From NCBI GenBank assembly GCA_045627625.1, contig JAZQOB010000124.1, forward strand, positions 1,505 through 65,504: DNA of 64,000 nucleotides, read 5' to 3'. Positions within the stretch are counted from its first letter, which is position 1; every line of letters begins with the position of its first letter. The notes under the pieces are model-generated. The model had not been told where the DNA came from. It saw only the letters and a list, made by a program, of their open reading frames with translations, and ran no database searches. Below are positions 18,659-28,708 of the stretch, piece by piece. The translations under genes were made by a program, and so were the position numbers. Source of the DNA: Treponema sp. (GTDB lineage: Bacteria > Spirochaetota > Spirochaetia > Treponematales > Treponemataceae).

Positions 18659-20024
18659 ATTTTCTATCCATCAATGGAACGAAGTCGCGTTCAGGAGATA
18701 CATTTTTGTATGCTGGACGATAGATTCTTCCACCAGAAACGATTTCTTCGATACGGTGAGCAGACCAACCTGCAATTCTGGAAATTGCGAAGATTGGTGT
18801 GTAGAGTTCGCGAGGAATGTTCAACATTGTGTAAACAAATCCTGAATAGAAGTCTACATTTGCACAAACTCGTTCTGCAGAAGGGTGTTTTTCCTGAATG
18901 ATTGCAGGAGCAAGTCGTTCAATCATATTGTAAAGTTCAAATTCATCAACCCATTCCTGGCCTTTTTCTTTGGCAAGTTCGTAAGCCTTTTTCTTGAGAA
19001 GAACTTCACGAGGGTCGCTGATTGTATAAACTGCGTGACCAATACCGTAAACTTTTCCTGAGCCGTCAAAAGCCTGTTTATCAACAATTTTCTGTAAGTA
19101 AGCTTTTACTTCAGCTTCGTTTGACCAGTCTTTTACATTGGCTTTAATTTCATCCATCATTTCTACAACGCGAATATTTGCACCACCATGGCGGCTACCT
19201 TTAAGGGAACCAACTGCAGCTGCAATTGCAGAATATGTATCTGTATCAGCAGAAGAAACAACATGAACTGTTAAAGAAGAGTTGTTACCACCACCATGTT
19301 CAGCATGAAGAATAAGTGCCAGGTCAAGAATTTCAGCTTCTGATCTTGTGTAAGCTTTATCAGAACGAATCAGACGCAGGAAGTTTTCTGCAGTTGAAAG
19401 TTCAGCTTTTGGATTATGAACGAACATTGATTTGTTGTCATAGTAGCGGCGTTTTGCCTGATAACCGTAAGCTGCAATAGTTGAAAAACGAGCAATCAAC
19501 TGTACGCACTGTTTAATGATATTTCCGATTTCACGATTTTCAGGATCGTCATCATAAGAATAAGAAGCCAAAACTCCGCGGGCAATTTTATTCATGATGT
19601 CTTTAGAAGGAGCCTTCATAATCATGTCTTCAGTAAAGTTTGGTGGAAGAATTCTTGATTCTCCAAGATAAGCTGAGAAACGGTCCAACTGTTCTTTATT
19701 TGGAAGTTCACCGAAAAGCAAAAGATATGCACATTGTTCAAAACCGTACTGCTTGTTCTTTTCTGCATCAGCGATTAAATCTTCAACATTGTAGCCACGA
19801 TAAACCAGGCGGCCAGGAACAGCAATTTTCTGTCCGTCTTTAAATTCATATCCGACTACATCACCAATTCGTGTAAGTCCAACAAGTACACCGGTACCGT
19901 TTGCATTTCGGAGACCGCGTTTTACATCATATTTTTTATATAAATCCTGATTAATAGGGTCGTTGTGAACAGCAAGTTTTTCGAGTTTTTTAATGATTTT
20001 CTCTTCTTCTTTCTTTGTTGCCAT
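18657..20024 (-). CDS. gltA: Citrate synthase
   Basis: HAEHGGGNNS, HGGAN, GIGHAVY..DPR and NVDFYSG. Confidence 0.93.
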   Translation of the reverse strand: MATKKEEEKIIKKLEKLAVHNDPINQDLYKKYDVKRGLRNANGTGVLVGLTRIGDVVGYEFKDGQKIAVPGRLVYRGYNVEDLIADAEKNKQYGFEQCAYLLLFGELPNKEQLDRFSAYLGESRILPPNFTEDMIMKAPSKDIMNKIARGVLASYSYDDDPENREIGNIIKQCVQLIARFSTIAAYGYQAKRRYYDNKSMFVHNPKAELSTAENFLRLIRSDKAYTRSEAEILDLALILHAEHGGGNNSSLTVHVVSSADTDTYSAIAAAVGSLKGSRHGGANIRVVEMMDEIKANVKDWSNEAEVKAYLQKIVDKQAFDGSGKVYGIGHAVYTISDPREVLLKKKAYELAKEKGQEWVDEFELYNMIERLAPAIIQEKHPSAERVCANVDFYSGFVYTMLNIPRELYTPIFAISRIAGWSAHRIEEIVSGGRIYRPAYKNVSPERDFVPLMDRK

Positions 20025-20068
20025 AGAGATCTCCTTTGTTATTTATAGTATCGGGTTATATTATTAAA

Positions 20069-20138
20069 AATGAATATTTATGCAAAAATTCTTTAATAAT
20101 ATTCAATAATTATACAAATATTAAAATATTTATGCAAT
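20069..20138. promoter_or_regulatory. Putative ArgR (ARG) boxes upstream of citrate synthase
   Basis: AATGAATATTTATGCAAA (20069), ATTCAATAATTATACAAA (20101) and TTAAAATATTTATGCAAT (20121) resemble TGMAT-N4-ATKCA and match the boxes at 50035-50082. Confidence 0.55.
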
Positions 20139-20159
20139 TATGTTTGAAAAATTAAAAAA

Positions 20160-21035
20160 TTATTCAGAAATTCTAAAACCAAGGGCGGCAGGAACTTTTC
20201 GTTGCAGGCAAGGTTTTTCTTCGTATTTTGCGTTGATACAGAGGGCGGTGGAGTGGCCTCCGTCAAAATTCAATGCATCGTAGCAGCCAAGAGTCTGAAG
20301 AATTATGGCACATTCATCGTAAGAAAGACCTTTGTTGTCTTTTGGATTTAGAATCGAAGAAACTGCGAATAAATAAAGGGTTTTTCCGTCCTGACTTATT
20401 CCTGCGGCAGTTCTGGAACGGCGGAGAATTAAGTGGGAAATAAGTTCCCCATTTTTTAGAATTGGGAAAAATCCTCCTGCGGCATAAATGCAGGGGCTGG
20501 CAGAAATCAATAAATCTTTTTGTGGCGAAACGACTTTTGCAATGTAGCCATTTTCAGCTTCAAAAAAAGCAAGGGCGGCATAATCTTCTCGGATAACTGG
20601 AAAATAAATCAGGTTTCCTTCGTTTATGATTATTCCAATTGGATTGTAAGTTTTTGCTTTTGTGTTATCAAATGGAGTTGTGTTTATGGCAACCACAGCC
20701 TTATTTTTCTTTGAAAAAGTTTTTACTCTGAATAATTGAGAAACCTGTTTTCGTTCTTCCGGGAAGTTTACGATTGAAAGCTTTGGATTTGTAAGATCAA
20801 TTTTTACACAGGTCCAGGAGCAGTTGAATTCATTTATGATGTAATCGGTTTTTTCAATGCCCGGCAAAACCTGTTCCCAATGAACATCTGAAGGAATGAG
20901 TCGGTCGGATGAAAGAGGGACTGAAATTTTATACCCTTCAGTTTGTTCTGGCAGGGATTTACAGGAAAATGCCAAAAGGGACAGAGTAAAAATTACAGCT
21001 GTAAAAAGAGTTTGTTTTTTAATTTTATTCAGCAT
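20160..21035 (-). CDS. Phosphodiester glycosidase (NAGPA) family lipoprotein
   Basis: Lipobox AFSC, AINTTPF, SRTAAG and ALNFDGGHST. Confidence 0.85.
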   Translation of the reverse strand: MLNKIKKQTLFTAVIFTLSLLAFSCKSLPEQTEGYKISVPLSSDRLIPSDVHWEQVLPGIEKTDYIINEFNCSWTCVKIDLTNPKLSIVNFPEERKQVSQLFRVKTFSKKNKAVVAINTTPFDNTKAKTYNPIGIIINEGNLIYFPVIREDYAALAFFEAENGYIAKVVSPQKDLLISASPCIYAAGGFFPILKNGELISHLILRRSRTAAGISQDGKTLYLFAVSSILNPKDNKGLSYDECAIILQTLGCYDALNFDGGHSTALCINAKYEEKPCLQRKVPAALGFRISE

Positions 21036-21643
21036 TATTTTTCGATAAAGCGTTGAGGTGGAGTTACAAACCAGATTGCTTCTACATCAACATCACCGGC
21101 ATTTTCGATAACATGTGGTACGGTTGAAGAGAAAGTAACGCTGTCTCCAGTTTCCAAAAGATATTCCTGGCCATTATAAGAAAGTTTTGCAGTTCCTTTA
21201 TTGATAAAACCAAATTCTCTTCCAATGTGTCCGTAAGAACCTCTGTGAGTTCTTGAACCAGCGGGAATTCTAAAAATATATGATTCAAAGGAGTTTTCTT
21301 TGTCGGATGAAGAAGGGCTACCTAATTCTTCAAATGTTAAATCTTCTTCCTGTACAGTTGGTCGTTCATCTTTGCGAATGATTTTTACAGGACGGTCTTT
21401 GCGATATTCTTCGAAAAGATATTCAAGATTAACATCAAGTACATCTGCTAAAGACAAAAGAGTATCGATTGCAGGGGAAACATGATTTCGTTCAATCTGA
21501 GAAACAAGACTTTCACTTACTCCTGCTTTCTGTGCAACAACTTTTAATGTATAGCCTTTATGTTCACGAGCAGCACGAAGCTTTTCTCCAAAGTGATATG
21601 GAACTCGTTTCTGTTTATTGTCAGTTTCTTGCGAAGGTGTCAT
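21035..21643 (-). CDS. XRE-family HTH regulator with cupin domain
   Basis: HTH (VAQKAGVSESLVSQIER) plus cupin (H-GREF..GDS..PH). Confidence 0.9.
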   Translation of the reverse strand: MTPSQETDNKQKRVPYHFGEKLRAAREHKGYTLKVVAQKAGVSESLVSQIERNHVSPAIDTLLSLADVLDVNLEYLFEEYRKDRPVKIIRKDERPTVQEEDLTFEELGSPSSSDKENSFESYIFRIPAGSRTHRGSYGHIGREFGFINKGTAKLSYNGQEYLLETGDSVTFSSTVPHVIENAGDVDVEAIWFVTPPQRFIEK

Positions 21644-22700
21644 TGTTCTGTTTCTCCTTGTTTTTTTCTGTTACAAATTGAATGAAGTAATCTTCCAAAG
21701 TTTTATGAGGACCTTCCAGCTTCATTCTTGTACGGGCACGGGCATTATCCCGGCGAATTGTGTAAAGTGAATAGAAATCTCGATAGTCTAATCCGGCATC
21801 GGCTTTAACATGCTCTCCCAAGAATTTTGATACTTCATCACGGCCGATAGCAGGGATTCCCTGTTCACGCAAACTTTTTCTTAAATAGGTTATCTGTTCA
21901 TAAGAAATACCAAAGAGAAACTCTTCCATAGCCTGAGTTACTCCGGCATCTCCCATTTTCTGCTTAATAAAACTAATCCACTGGTCATCCATCTGCATGG
22001 AAATCAAAAGTAATTCACTGGTTCCCATCATTGTTCCAAATGCAGGAGCAAGTTTTCGTCGTGCCTGCCATACTGACTGAAGGACAGGAGCCACATCTTC
22101 AACCGCCGAATCGGTCCAGTGTTCCCAAAGGAGCAGCAACGAAAGTGCCCATTCTCTTCGGAAATCCATTGACTGGGTTTCGTCACGAATTAAATTCAAA
22201 TAAACATCTTCTACCAGTAAAGAGAATACACACAAAACAGTTTCGTTTCCAAAAGAACGGTGATACTTTGAGTATTCATCGCCTAAATGGTGGAAATATT
22301 TTGACATACTGGAAAGAGTATGCATTTTAGCAACAAGAAAAGCTTTTCCCATGATTGCTTTTGAAGGCAACTGAAGGGTCGAATCACCAGAATCCTGATG
22401 CTTGATTAAAGATTCTATAAGAGAAGTTGGAGTTCGAGTTCCCCCAACTAATTCATGTTTTTCCAAAAGAGAAGGGAAGCGGTTCATTGCTTTTGCAAGA
22501 GCTTCCAGATCGTTAAAGCGCTTTTCGAAACTGGCTGCTTTTTCAGGGTCCAGTTCCTTTACAATAGGCATTACTTCGTCTATAAGGGCTTTTTGTTTTT
22601 TGGAGAGAAATTCGACTTTTTCTTCTTGAACAGGCTTTTCGGATTCGGTTTCAAAAAAGCTGCTGATATTCACTTGTTCAAAATCACTAACACTTTGCAT
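21621..22700 (-). CDS. Hypothetical cytoplasmic protein
   Basis: 359-aa ORF overlapping the XRE gene; no motif recognised. Confidence 0.7.
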   Translation of the reverse strand: MQSVSDFEQVNISSFFETESEKPVQEEKVEFLSKKQKALIDEVMPIVKELDPEKAASFEKRFNDLEALAKAMNRFPSLLEKHELVGGTRTPTSLIESLIKHQDSGDSTLQLPSKAIMGKAFLVAKMHTLSSMSKYFHHLGDEYSKYHRSFGNETVLCVFSLLVEDVYLNLIRDETQSMDFRREWALSLLLLWEHWTDSAVEDVAPVLQSVWQARRKLAPAFGTMMGTSELLLISMQMDDQWISFIKQKMGDAGVTQAMEEFLFGISYEQITYLRKSLREQGIPAIGRDEVSKFLGEHVKADAGLDYRDFYSLYTIRRDNARARTRMKLEGPHKTLEDYFIQFVTEKNKEKQNNDTFARN

Positions 22701-22752
22701 ATTATTGCCAATTTTTTAAATAGGATTGTATCTCTTTAATAATTATAAAGTA

Positions 22753-23661
22753 TTATTCTGTTTTTTCAACCTTATTTAATACTTCTAGAATTGGAGTTTT
22801 TAGAATTTTTCGTTTTTTGCTGTTGTATTCATAAACTTCTTTCTGGGCATTATAAAGGTTTCCTCTGTAAAAGCGGATGACTGGGTTTATTTCAAAAAGA
22901 GCAAAATCCAGATAATTCTGACTTACGATACTCCATGTGCTTATTGCAATCAATGAACCATTCAGCAAAAAGGCATTGAGGGCGTCTAAAGGTTGTCCTG
23001 CATATAACTGCCCAAGACCTGGAATAAAAGAAAGATGCATTGCCAGCATTGGACTTTTTGGTTTGAATTTTTTAAGATTTTCCATTGCCTGGGCGATAGA
23101 ATCTTTATCTTCGTCAGTAAATGAATCTGGGAATTTTGAATAGAATGTCTGAAGGTTTTCTTCCAGTTTTTCAAAATTTTCCCGGAGTACATTATTTTCA
23201 AGAATAACAAGCCATGCAGAAATCTGAACTTCCTGTGGATAGCCTTCAACAAAACGATAACGGTAAAGATTTACATTTGATTCTAAATCCGGTTGTTTTG
23301 CCTGACTGTATTTTTGAAGCAGCTGAATTTCTTTTAGCTGTAGTTCTGTGGTTTGGTTGTAGCTTTGTGCCAGCTGAAGATATTCCAGGGCTTTGGTGAA
23401 TTTTTCTTCTTTCTGATACAAGAGGGACAGAGCAACACAAGCTTCCTGCTGATGAATTCCTTCTGCGTAATCCTGGAGAAACAAATATCTTTTGTATTCA
23501 ATAAAAGCTTCTTTTGGAGAATTAGACTGATCAAATTTCTGGGCAAGAAGAAAAATGTCTTCGTAGGGGTCTGTCCCCGTTTTTCCTGAATTCTGGGCAA
23601 AGCTATTAAATGAGAAGAATAGAACTAAAGTAAAAATTAAAATTTTAGTATAAAGCTTCAT
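22753..23661 (-). CDS. Secreted TPR-like protein with TM2-like hairpin
   Basis: Signal peptide, helical repeats (EAFIEYKRYLF) and KSPMLAMHLSFIPGLGQLYAG. Confidence 0.7.
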   Translation of the reverse strand: MKLYTKILIFTLVLFFSFNSFAQNSGKTGTDPYEDIFLLAQKFDQSNSPKEAFIEYKRYLFLQDYAEGIHQQEACVALSLLYQKEEKFTKALEYLQLAQSYNQTTELQLKEIQLLQKYSQAKQPDLESNVNLYRYRFVEGYPQEVQISAWLVILENNVLRENFEKLEENLQTFYSKFPDSFTDEDKDSIAQAMENLKKFKPKSPMLAMHLSFIPGLGQLYAGQPLDALNAFLLNGSLIAISTWSIVSQNYLDFALFEINPVIRFYRGNLYNAQKEVYEYNSKKRKILKTPILEVLNKVEKTE

Positions 23662-24490
23662 AAATCTTCTCTGTATTTGTAACTAATTCCTTGTAAATTC
23701 TGGTGTTGTAGCGTTTTGCAGACTGATAGGCACCATAAATATCTACGATATAAAGAATGGCACCGCAAGTTCCGTAAGCATAAGGTCGCCAGCTTTTCCA
23801 TTCAGTTTTAATTCCGGAATAAACACAGGCACTTGCAAAAGAACTGATTGTAAGGAAAGAAGAAACTCCCTGGGCAAAAGAACTGGTGTACCATTTTCCT
23901 GCTCCTGGACAAATCATAGAAAGAAAAAGTGCAAGTCCTGGTGATTTAGTTTTGTAATCTGATAAATAAAGGGACAGAGGAGAAAAAATCAAATTGTCTT
24001 CGGTTGCGCTCTGTGCCTTTGTTCTGGCATCTGTAATGTTGTTTGCAAGAACCAGCTGTGAAATATCAACAATATTGTGAAAATCCAGGGAAAACTTATC
24101 TGCATTTTGACCTAATGTCTGCTGAAAATCATTGAAGGCCTCTGCATCCTGTGTATGAAGCAGCAGTTTACTTTTTGTAAGAGAAACTTTTTCCAGTGCA
24201 AAAGGGGACAGAGACAAATTGAAATTATCAAAAATCCAGCTGTTGCCTGCCATATCATTTTTCTGATCGTAAATGCTGTTTAAGGTAAGAACTGCATTTT
24301 CATCAATGATTACACCGGCGGTAAAAAGGTATCTGCGGAATTCACTTTCGGCTTCATCATAAAAACCTGTCTGGTATAAATCAAAGGCAAATTCCTTGAT
24401 GAGGTCTGGACTAAAGGCATTTGGGGCTTTTTGACCAAAACATGGAAGTGCAAAAACAGCCGCAATAAATATATAGATAATTTTTTTCAT
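23645..24490 (-). CDS. Secreted TPR-like protein with TM2-like hairpin (paralog of neighbour)
   Basis: EAESEFRRYLF and KSPGLALFLSMICPGAGKWY. Confidence 0.7.
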   Translation of the reverse strand: MKKIIYIFIAAVFALPCFGQKAPNAFSPDLIKEFAFDLYQTGFYDEAESEFRRYLFTAGVIIDENAVLTLNSIYDQKNDMAGNSWIFDNFNLSLSPFALEKVSLTKSKLLLHTQDAEAFNDFQQTLGQNADKFSLDFHNIVDISQLVLANNITDARTKAQSATEDNLIFSPLSLYLSDYKTKSPGLALFLSMICPGAGKWYTSSFAQGVSSFLTISSFASACVYSGIKTEWKSWRPYAYGTCGAILYIVDIYGAYQSAKRYNTRIYKELVTNTEKIYEALY

Positions 24491-24503
24491 TTTAGCTCCA
24501 ATT

Positions 24504-25520
24504 TTATTTTACAGGATCAACATGTTTTCCGTTTTTGTTGGTATCGTAAAGATTTGCATTATGTTCTGTTGGATTACAGCGTTTTAATCGTTCCAATCCC
24601 ATGATTAAACCTGCAGGTCCGTATTTTGAAATTGCCTGAAGCATATACTGGGAACAGGTTGGTTCAAATGGGCAGGCAGAATTATCCTGTTTTGTAACAA
24701 ATTTTTTGTAGCCTTTGTAGGCAATATTTGTAATGACTGAAGAAAGGGAAACTCGGAACACTGGGGACAGAGGAGAAATTGCAAGTACAACAGGATTCTT
24801 TATTCCATTGATTTCGTTGGATTTTGCAGGGCTGGAATTATCTGCCTGATATTCAGAGTAGGCATCTTCAATCTGATTAATTTTAATTTTCGAAAATTTA
24901 AGAATTGTACAAATGTAAGGTTTTCCATTTGTATAAGTTTGAGATTCTATTGTTGTAGGAACTGTGTAGCCGGTGATTTTAGTAAAATCCGAAAGTTTTG
25001 TTTCGGTATACAATTCACCACTTGCAAGATACATTTTAAGGTTTGTAAAGTTACCTTTTGAATCGGTAGTAACAAGAACTTTTTCGATGGCATGGGCACC
25101 GTTTCTAAAATATTGCCATTCTGTAACTACAAGGCCGTCTTCCACCGTTGAGATTGCAGGGGCATAACCAGAATCTCCAAGTCCCATGTCGCTTTTGAAC
25201 CAGGTAAGAATATCTACGCAAGTTTGATTTAAAATACTTCTTCCCTGGGTAAAATCATAAATTCCGGTGGAGTCCTTAAAAAAAGTTCCATCGGAATTTA
25301 TGTAGTTCACCTGATTTTCAGGTTTGAGAATATTGAAAACAAAAAAGTAGGGATTATTTTTGTAGTAAAGGTTTCCGGAGATTGCATTTTTTTGCCCCGC
25401 CCCATTAATTTCAACCCTTTCAAAATCCAGTTGAAGTTTGCGGATAGTTTTAGATTGACTAAAGCAGGCGGTGCAAAGAAAAAGTAGAAATAAACCCTCT
25501 AAAAAAATCGACTTTTTCAT
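24504..25520 (-). CDS. Secreted LolA-like domain fused to YidD (membrane protein insertion efficiency factor) domain
   Basis: C-terminal YKKFV..CPFEPTCSQY..AISKYG..LERLKRCNP is the YidD signature. The N-terminal part has a signal peptide and a beta-rich domain; the LolA-like call is tentative. Confidence 0.7.
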   Translation of the reverse strand: MKKSIFLEGLFLLFLCTACFSQSKTIRKLQLDFERVEINGAGQKNAISGNLYYKNNPYFFVFNILKPENQVNYINSDGTFFKDSTGIYDFTQGRSILNQTCVDILTWFKSDMGLGDSGYAPAISTVEDGLVVTEWQYFRNGAHAIEKVLVTTDSKGNFTNLKMYLASGELYTETKLSDFTKITGYTVPTTIESQTYTNGKPYICTILKFSKIKINQIEDAYSEYQADNSSPAKSNEINGIKNPVVLAISPLSPVFRVSLSSVITNIAYKGYKKFVTKQDNSACPFEPTCSQYMLQAISKYGPAGLIMGLERLKRCNPTEHNANLYDTNKNGKHVDPVK

Positions 25521-25526
25521 TTTAGA

Positions 25527-25970
25527 TTAAGGAACATAGATTGGGAATAAAGCTAAGTTTTCTGCAAAGCTTAAAATTCCGCCTCCTGATGCGTTCTGAC
25601 ATGCGGTTTCAACGGCATTTTCTGCACACCCCTGAGCAGCGCTTTCGCAGCATTTTGATGTTTCATTAATGAGGAAGTATGTTCCAATTGCAATACCACC
25701 AATAACTACAACACCGCCAATTACGGAAGCTGTAATAATGATAGCTTTTTTCTTAGGAGACATTTTTTCCTTTTTAGGTTTTCCTTCATTTTCTTTTAAT
25801 TCGTCATCTAAATCCTGAGTTAAAGAATCATCATCAGCAGAAACTCTCATTGCTGAAGATGGAAGTCCTCCACCAAAGCCAGAAAATTTATAAAGTGGCT
25901 GTCCAAAAACAGTGAAACTGAAGCTCAAAAAAATAGAGCATAAGCATAAAAGTTTAGTAATTCGTTTCAT
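25527..25970 (-). CDS. Small secreted/membrane Cys-rich protein, FxGFGGGLPS family
   Basis: Signal peptide, FSGFGGGLPSS, TM helix, CC-x6-C-x8-C and C-terminal PIYVP; GAGG RBS. Confidence 0.7.
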   Translation of the reverse strand: MKRITKLLCLCSIFLSFSFTVFGQPLYKFSGFGGGLPSSAMRVSADDDSLTQDLDDELKENEGKPKKEKMSPKKKAIIITASVIGGVVVIGGIAIGTYFLINETSKCCESAAQGCAENAVETACQNASGGGILSFAENLALFPIYVP

Positions 25971-26046
25971 AATTGTTACCTCGCTATTCGTTTATTATAA
26001 CATATAAATTGTTATTTATGATACAAAGATTTCCGATAAAAGTTGT

Positions 26047-27261
26047 ATGAATAGATTCACCAAAAATCAGATAATCTTATTTGTATTACTCATATTATCG
26101 GCAAGTTGTTTTGCTCAGCAGAAAAAAAATTTAAAAGTTCCTCCGCAAAATATTGTGATTAAAGCTCGTCCTCAGGGAGATGGCTTTGATATGTATGTAA
26201 AAAAAACAGCCGATATTAATTCAATTTTGCTTACTGAATCGGTTCGAGATTATGCGGGAAACAACGACAGCTATGCCTACCGAGCAACAGAATACAACGA
26301 AATTAATGGTGATGAAATTCGCTATTTAAATGGCCAGATTTTAACTTCGGATTGGGCAAAGTTCAGTCTGGTGGATTCTACTCCCGAGAAAACTCCTTAT
26401 TTTGAAGAAGAAGCTTTCCATATTTTTATTCCTCTTAAGCTGGTTTTTGGTTATACCTGGGCAAGACAGGGGCAGGTGGAAGTTGGAAACCGGACTTTTA
26501 TAAATATTCGTGCCTTTGAAAAAAAATATGCAGATCATTCTGGTGAATATGATGACAGTCCTTATTATTTGAATCTGAAAGTTGTAGAAAAAACTAAAAA
26601 TGATTCAATGGGGACAGAGGAAAAAGTTGAACCAAAGGGGACAGAGGAAAAAAAGACAATTCCTCCTCACGAAAGCATTTATAACGAAACTGCCACAGAA
26701 AAACTGGCGGAAATTTCGGAAGAGATTATTTTTTGCAAAGGTCCGTCTGCTTTAGTTGGGGATATTGAAAAAGTTCTGGAACGAACAGAAAATAAGGATA
26801 AGCTGGATGTAATTTTTGCTATTGATGGCACCGGCAGTATGGAAGATGATCTTTATGCCCTTAAGCATGAACTGGTTCCTGCCATGAAGCAGCTGTTTGA
26901 AGGAAGTGGGGCTCAATTTGGACTTTTGTATTATCGGGATTATGATGAATATGTGTCCGGGGCCTACAAAGAACTTCCTGTTCATATTTTTGATTTTGAT
27001 AAAGATTTGAATAATTTTACAATGAATTTGAATTCAATTACTGCTTATGGTGGCGGAGATACTCCCGAAGCGGTTTACGAAGCAATTTTTGCTGCAACAG
27101 AAGGTTTTGATTGGCGTGAAGGAAGTGAAAGAAGAATTATTCTGATTGGTGATGCAGAACCTCACCCTGAACCAAGAGGCACAGGGCTTTATTCAAAAGA
27201 ATATGTAATGAACCTTGCTTCGCAAAAAGGAATCAAAGTCACTACAATTCTTTTACCATAG
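26047..27261 (+). CDS. Secreted von Willebrand factor A domain protein
   Basis: DGTGSM MIDAS, YRDY, GGGDTPE and IGDAEPH. Confidence 0.88.
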   Translation: MNRFTKNQIILFVLLILSASCFAQQKKNLKVPPQNIVIKARPQGDGFDMYVKKTADINSILLTESVRDYAGNNDSYAYRATEYNEINGDEIRYLNGQILTSDWAKFSLVDSTPEKTPYFEEEAFHIFIPLKLVFGYTWARQGQVEVGNRTFINIRAFEKKYADHSGEYDDSPYYLNLKVVEKTKNDSMGTEEKVEPKGTEEKKTIPPHESIYNETATEKLAEISEEIIFCKGPSALVGDIEKVLERTENKDKLDVIFAIDGTGSMEDDLYALKHELVPAMKQLFEGSGAQFGLLYYRDYDEYVSGAYKELPVHIFDFDKDLNNFTMNLNSITAYGGGDTPEAVYEAIFAATEGFDWREGSERRIILIGDAEPHPEPRGTGLYSKEYVMNLASQKGIKVTTILLP

Positions 27262-27263
27262 TT

Positions 27264-27668
27264 CTATTTTTTTGAAAGTTTTTTCAATTCGTCTTCTGGA
27301 ATCTGTGAAAGTCCTTTCTGTGCCAATGTTTTGTACGAAGGGCTTAAAGTTCCAGCTGGGTAAGAAGCATAGATATCAAGAATTTCTGTAAAACTTCTGT
27401 AGGCTGTAGCATAATCCTTTGTGCGGATTGCAATGTGTCCTATTTCGTAACGGCATTCAACATAAATTGGAGTGTCCATTCCGAACTTGATTAATGCCTG
27501 TGAATAATAATATTCAGCTTTTGTATAGTTTCCGTTATCGTAGGCTTTCTGTCCTAACTGCATAATCTGTGCAGCACTGTAATCTGAAGGAATTTCATCG
27601 GTTGAAGCACAGCTTGTTACTGCAAAAAGTGAAGCCAAAATTGTTAAAATTAAAATAATCTTTTTCAT
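27264..27668 (-). CDS. TPR lipoprotein
   Basis: Lipobox VTSC and TPR helices. Start placed at MKKIIL. Confidence 0.8.
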   Translation of the reverse strand: MKKIILILTILASLFAVTSCASTDEIPSDYSAAQIMQLGQKAYDNGNYTKAEYYYSQALIKFGMDTPIYVECRYEIGHIAIRTKDYATAYRSFTEILDIYASYPAGTLSPSYKTLAQKGLSQIPEDELKKLSKK

Positions 27669-27748
27669 GATTAAAATATTACTGTATGCTTTAAGATGTT
27701 TCAATAAAAAATGGAATATGATAAAATTAAAACATTCATGGAGGCATT

Positions 27749-28708
27749 ATGAAAGTTTTAGTTATTGGTGGTGCAGGTTATATTGGCAGCCATGTTGTAA
27801 AAGAAATGATGAAAGCTGGTCACAAGGTAACAGTTTTCGATAATCTTTCAAGCGGTTTGCGTTGTAATTTATTCCCAGAAAACGATTTTATTTACGGAAA
27901 CATTCTTATTCAGGATGATTTGGAATCAGCATTTGCCCAGGGTTTTGATGCCTTTGTTCATCTTGCCGCTTTTAAGGCTGCCGGTGAATCAATGATTAAA
28001 CCAGAAAAATATTCAGTAAACAACATTACTGGAACTTTAAATATTTTGAATGCAGCAGTTAAATACAATTGTCTTAAAATGGTATTTTCTTCATCTGCTG
28101 CAACTTTTGGTGAACCACAGTATTTACCAATGGACGAAAATCATCCACAGAATCCAATCAATTATTACGGTTTTACAAAACTCGAAATTGAACGCTATAT
28201 GACCTGGTATGATCAGTTGAAGGGGTTGAAATTTGCTGCCCTCAGATATTTTAATGCCGCAGGTTATGATCCAGATGGAGAAATTCGTGGACTTGAACAG
28301 AAACCTGAAAATCTTCTTCCTCGAGTAATGGAAGCAGCTTTAGGTCAGCGCCAGCTTAAAGTATTTGGAACTGATTATGATACTAGAGATGGAACTTGTA
28401 TTCGTGATTATGTTCATGTAACAGACTTAGCACGGGCTCATGTAATGGCATTGGATTATATTGCTAAAAAGAACGAAAGTCTTAAACTTAATCTTGGAAC
28501 CGAAAAAGGCACAACAGTAAAAGAACTTATTGATGCTGCCCGCAAAATCACTGGAAAAGAAATTCCTGCCGAAGATGCTCCAAGACGACCTGGAGACCCA
28601 GCAAGTTTATACACAACTTCAAAACTTGCCAAAGACCTTATCGGCTGGGAACCAAAATATTCAGATGTAGAAACATTAGTACGAACTACATGGGAAGTTT
28701 ATAAATAA
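27749..28708 (+). CDS. galE: UDP-glucose 4-epimerase
   Basis: GGAGYIGSH, YGFTK, LRYFNAAG and GTCIRDYVHV. Confidence 0.96.
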   Translation: MKVLVIGGAGYIGSHVVKEMMKAGHKVTVFDNLSSGLRCNLFPENDFIYGNILIQDDLESAFAQGFDAFVHLAAFKAAGESMIKPEKYSVNNITGTLNILNAAVKYNCLKMVFSSSAATFGEPQYLPMDENHPQNPINYYGFTKLEIERYMTWYDQLKGLKFAALRYFNAAGYDPDGEIRGLEQKPENLLPRVMEAALGQRQLKVFGTDYDTRDGTCIRDYVHVTDLARAHVMALDYIAKKNESLKLNLGTEKGTTVKELIDAARKITGKEIPAEDAPRRPGDPASLYTTSKLAKDLIGWEPKYSDVETLVRTTWEVYK

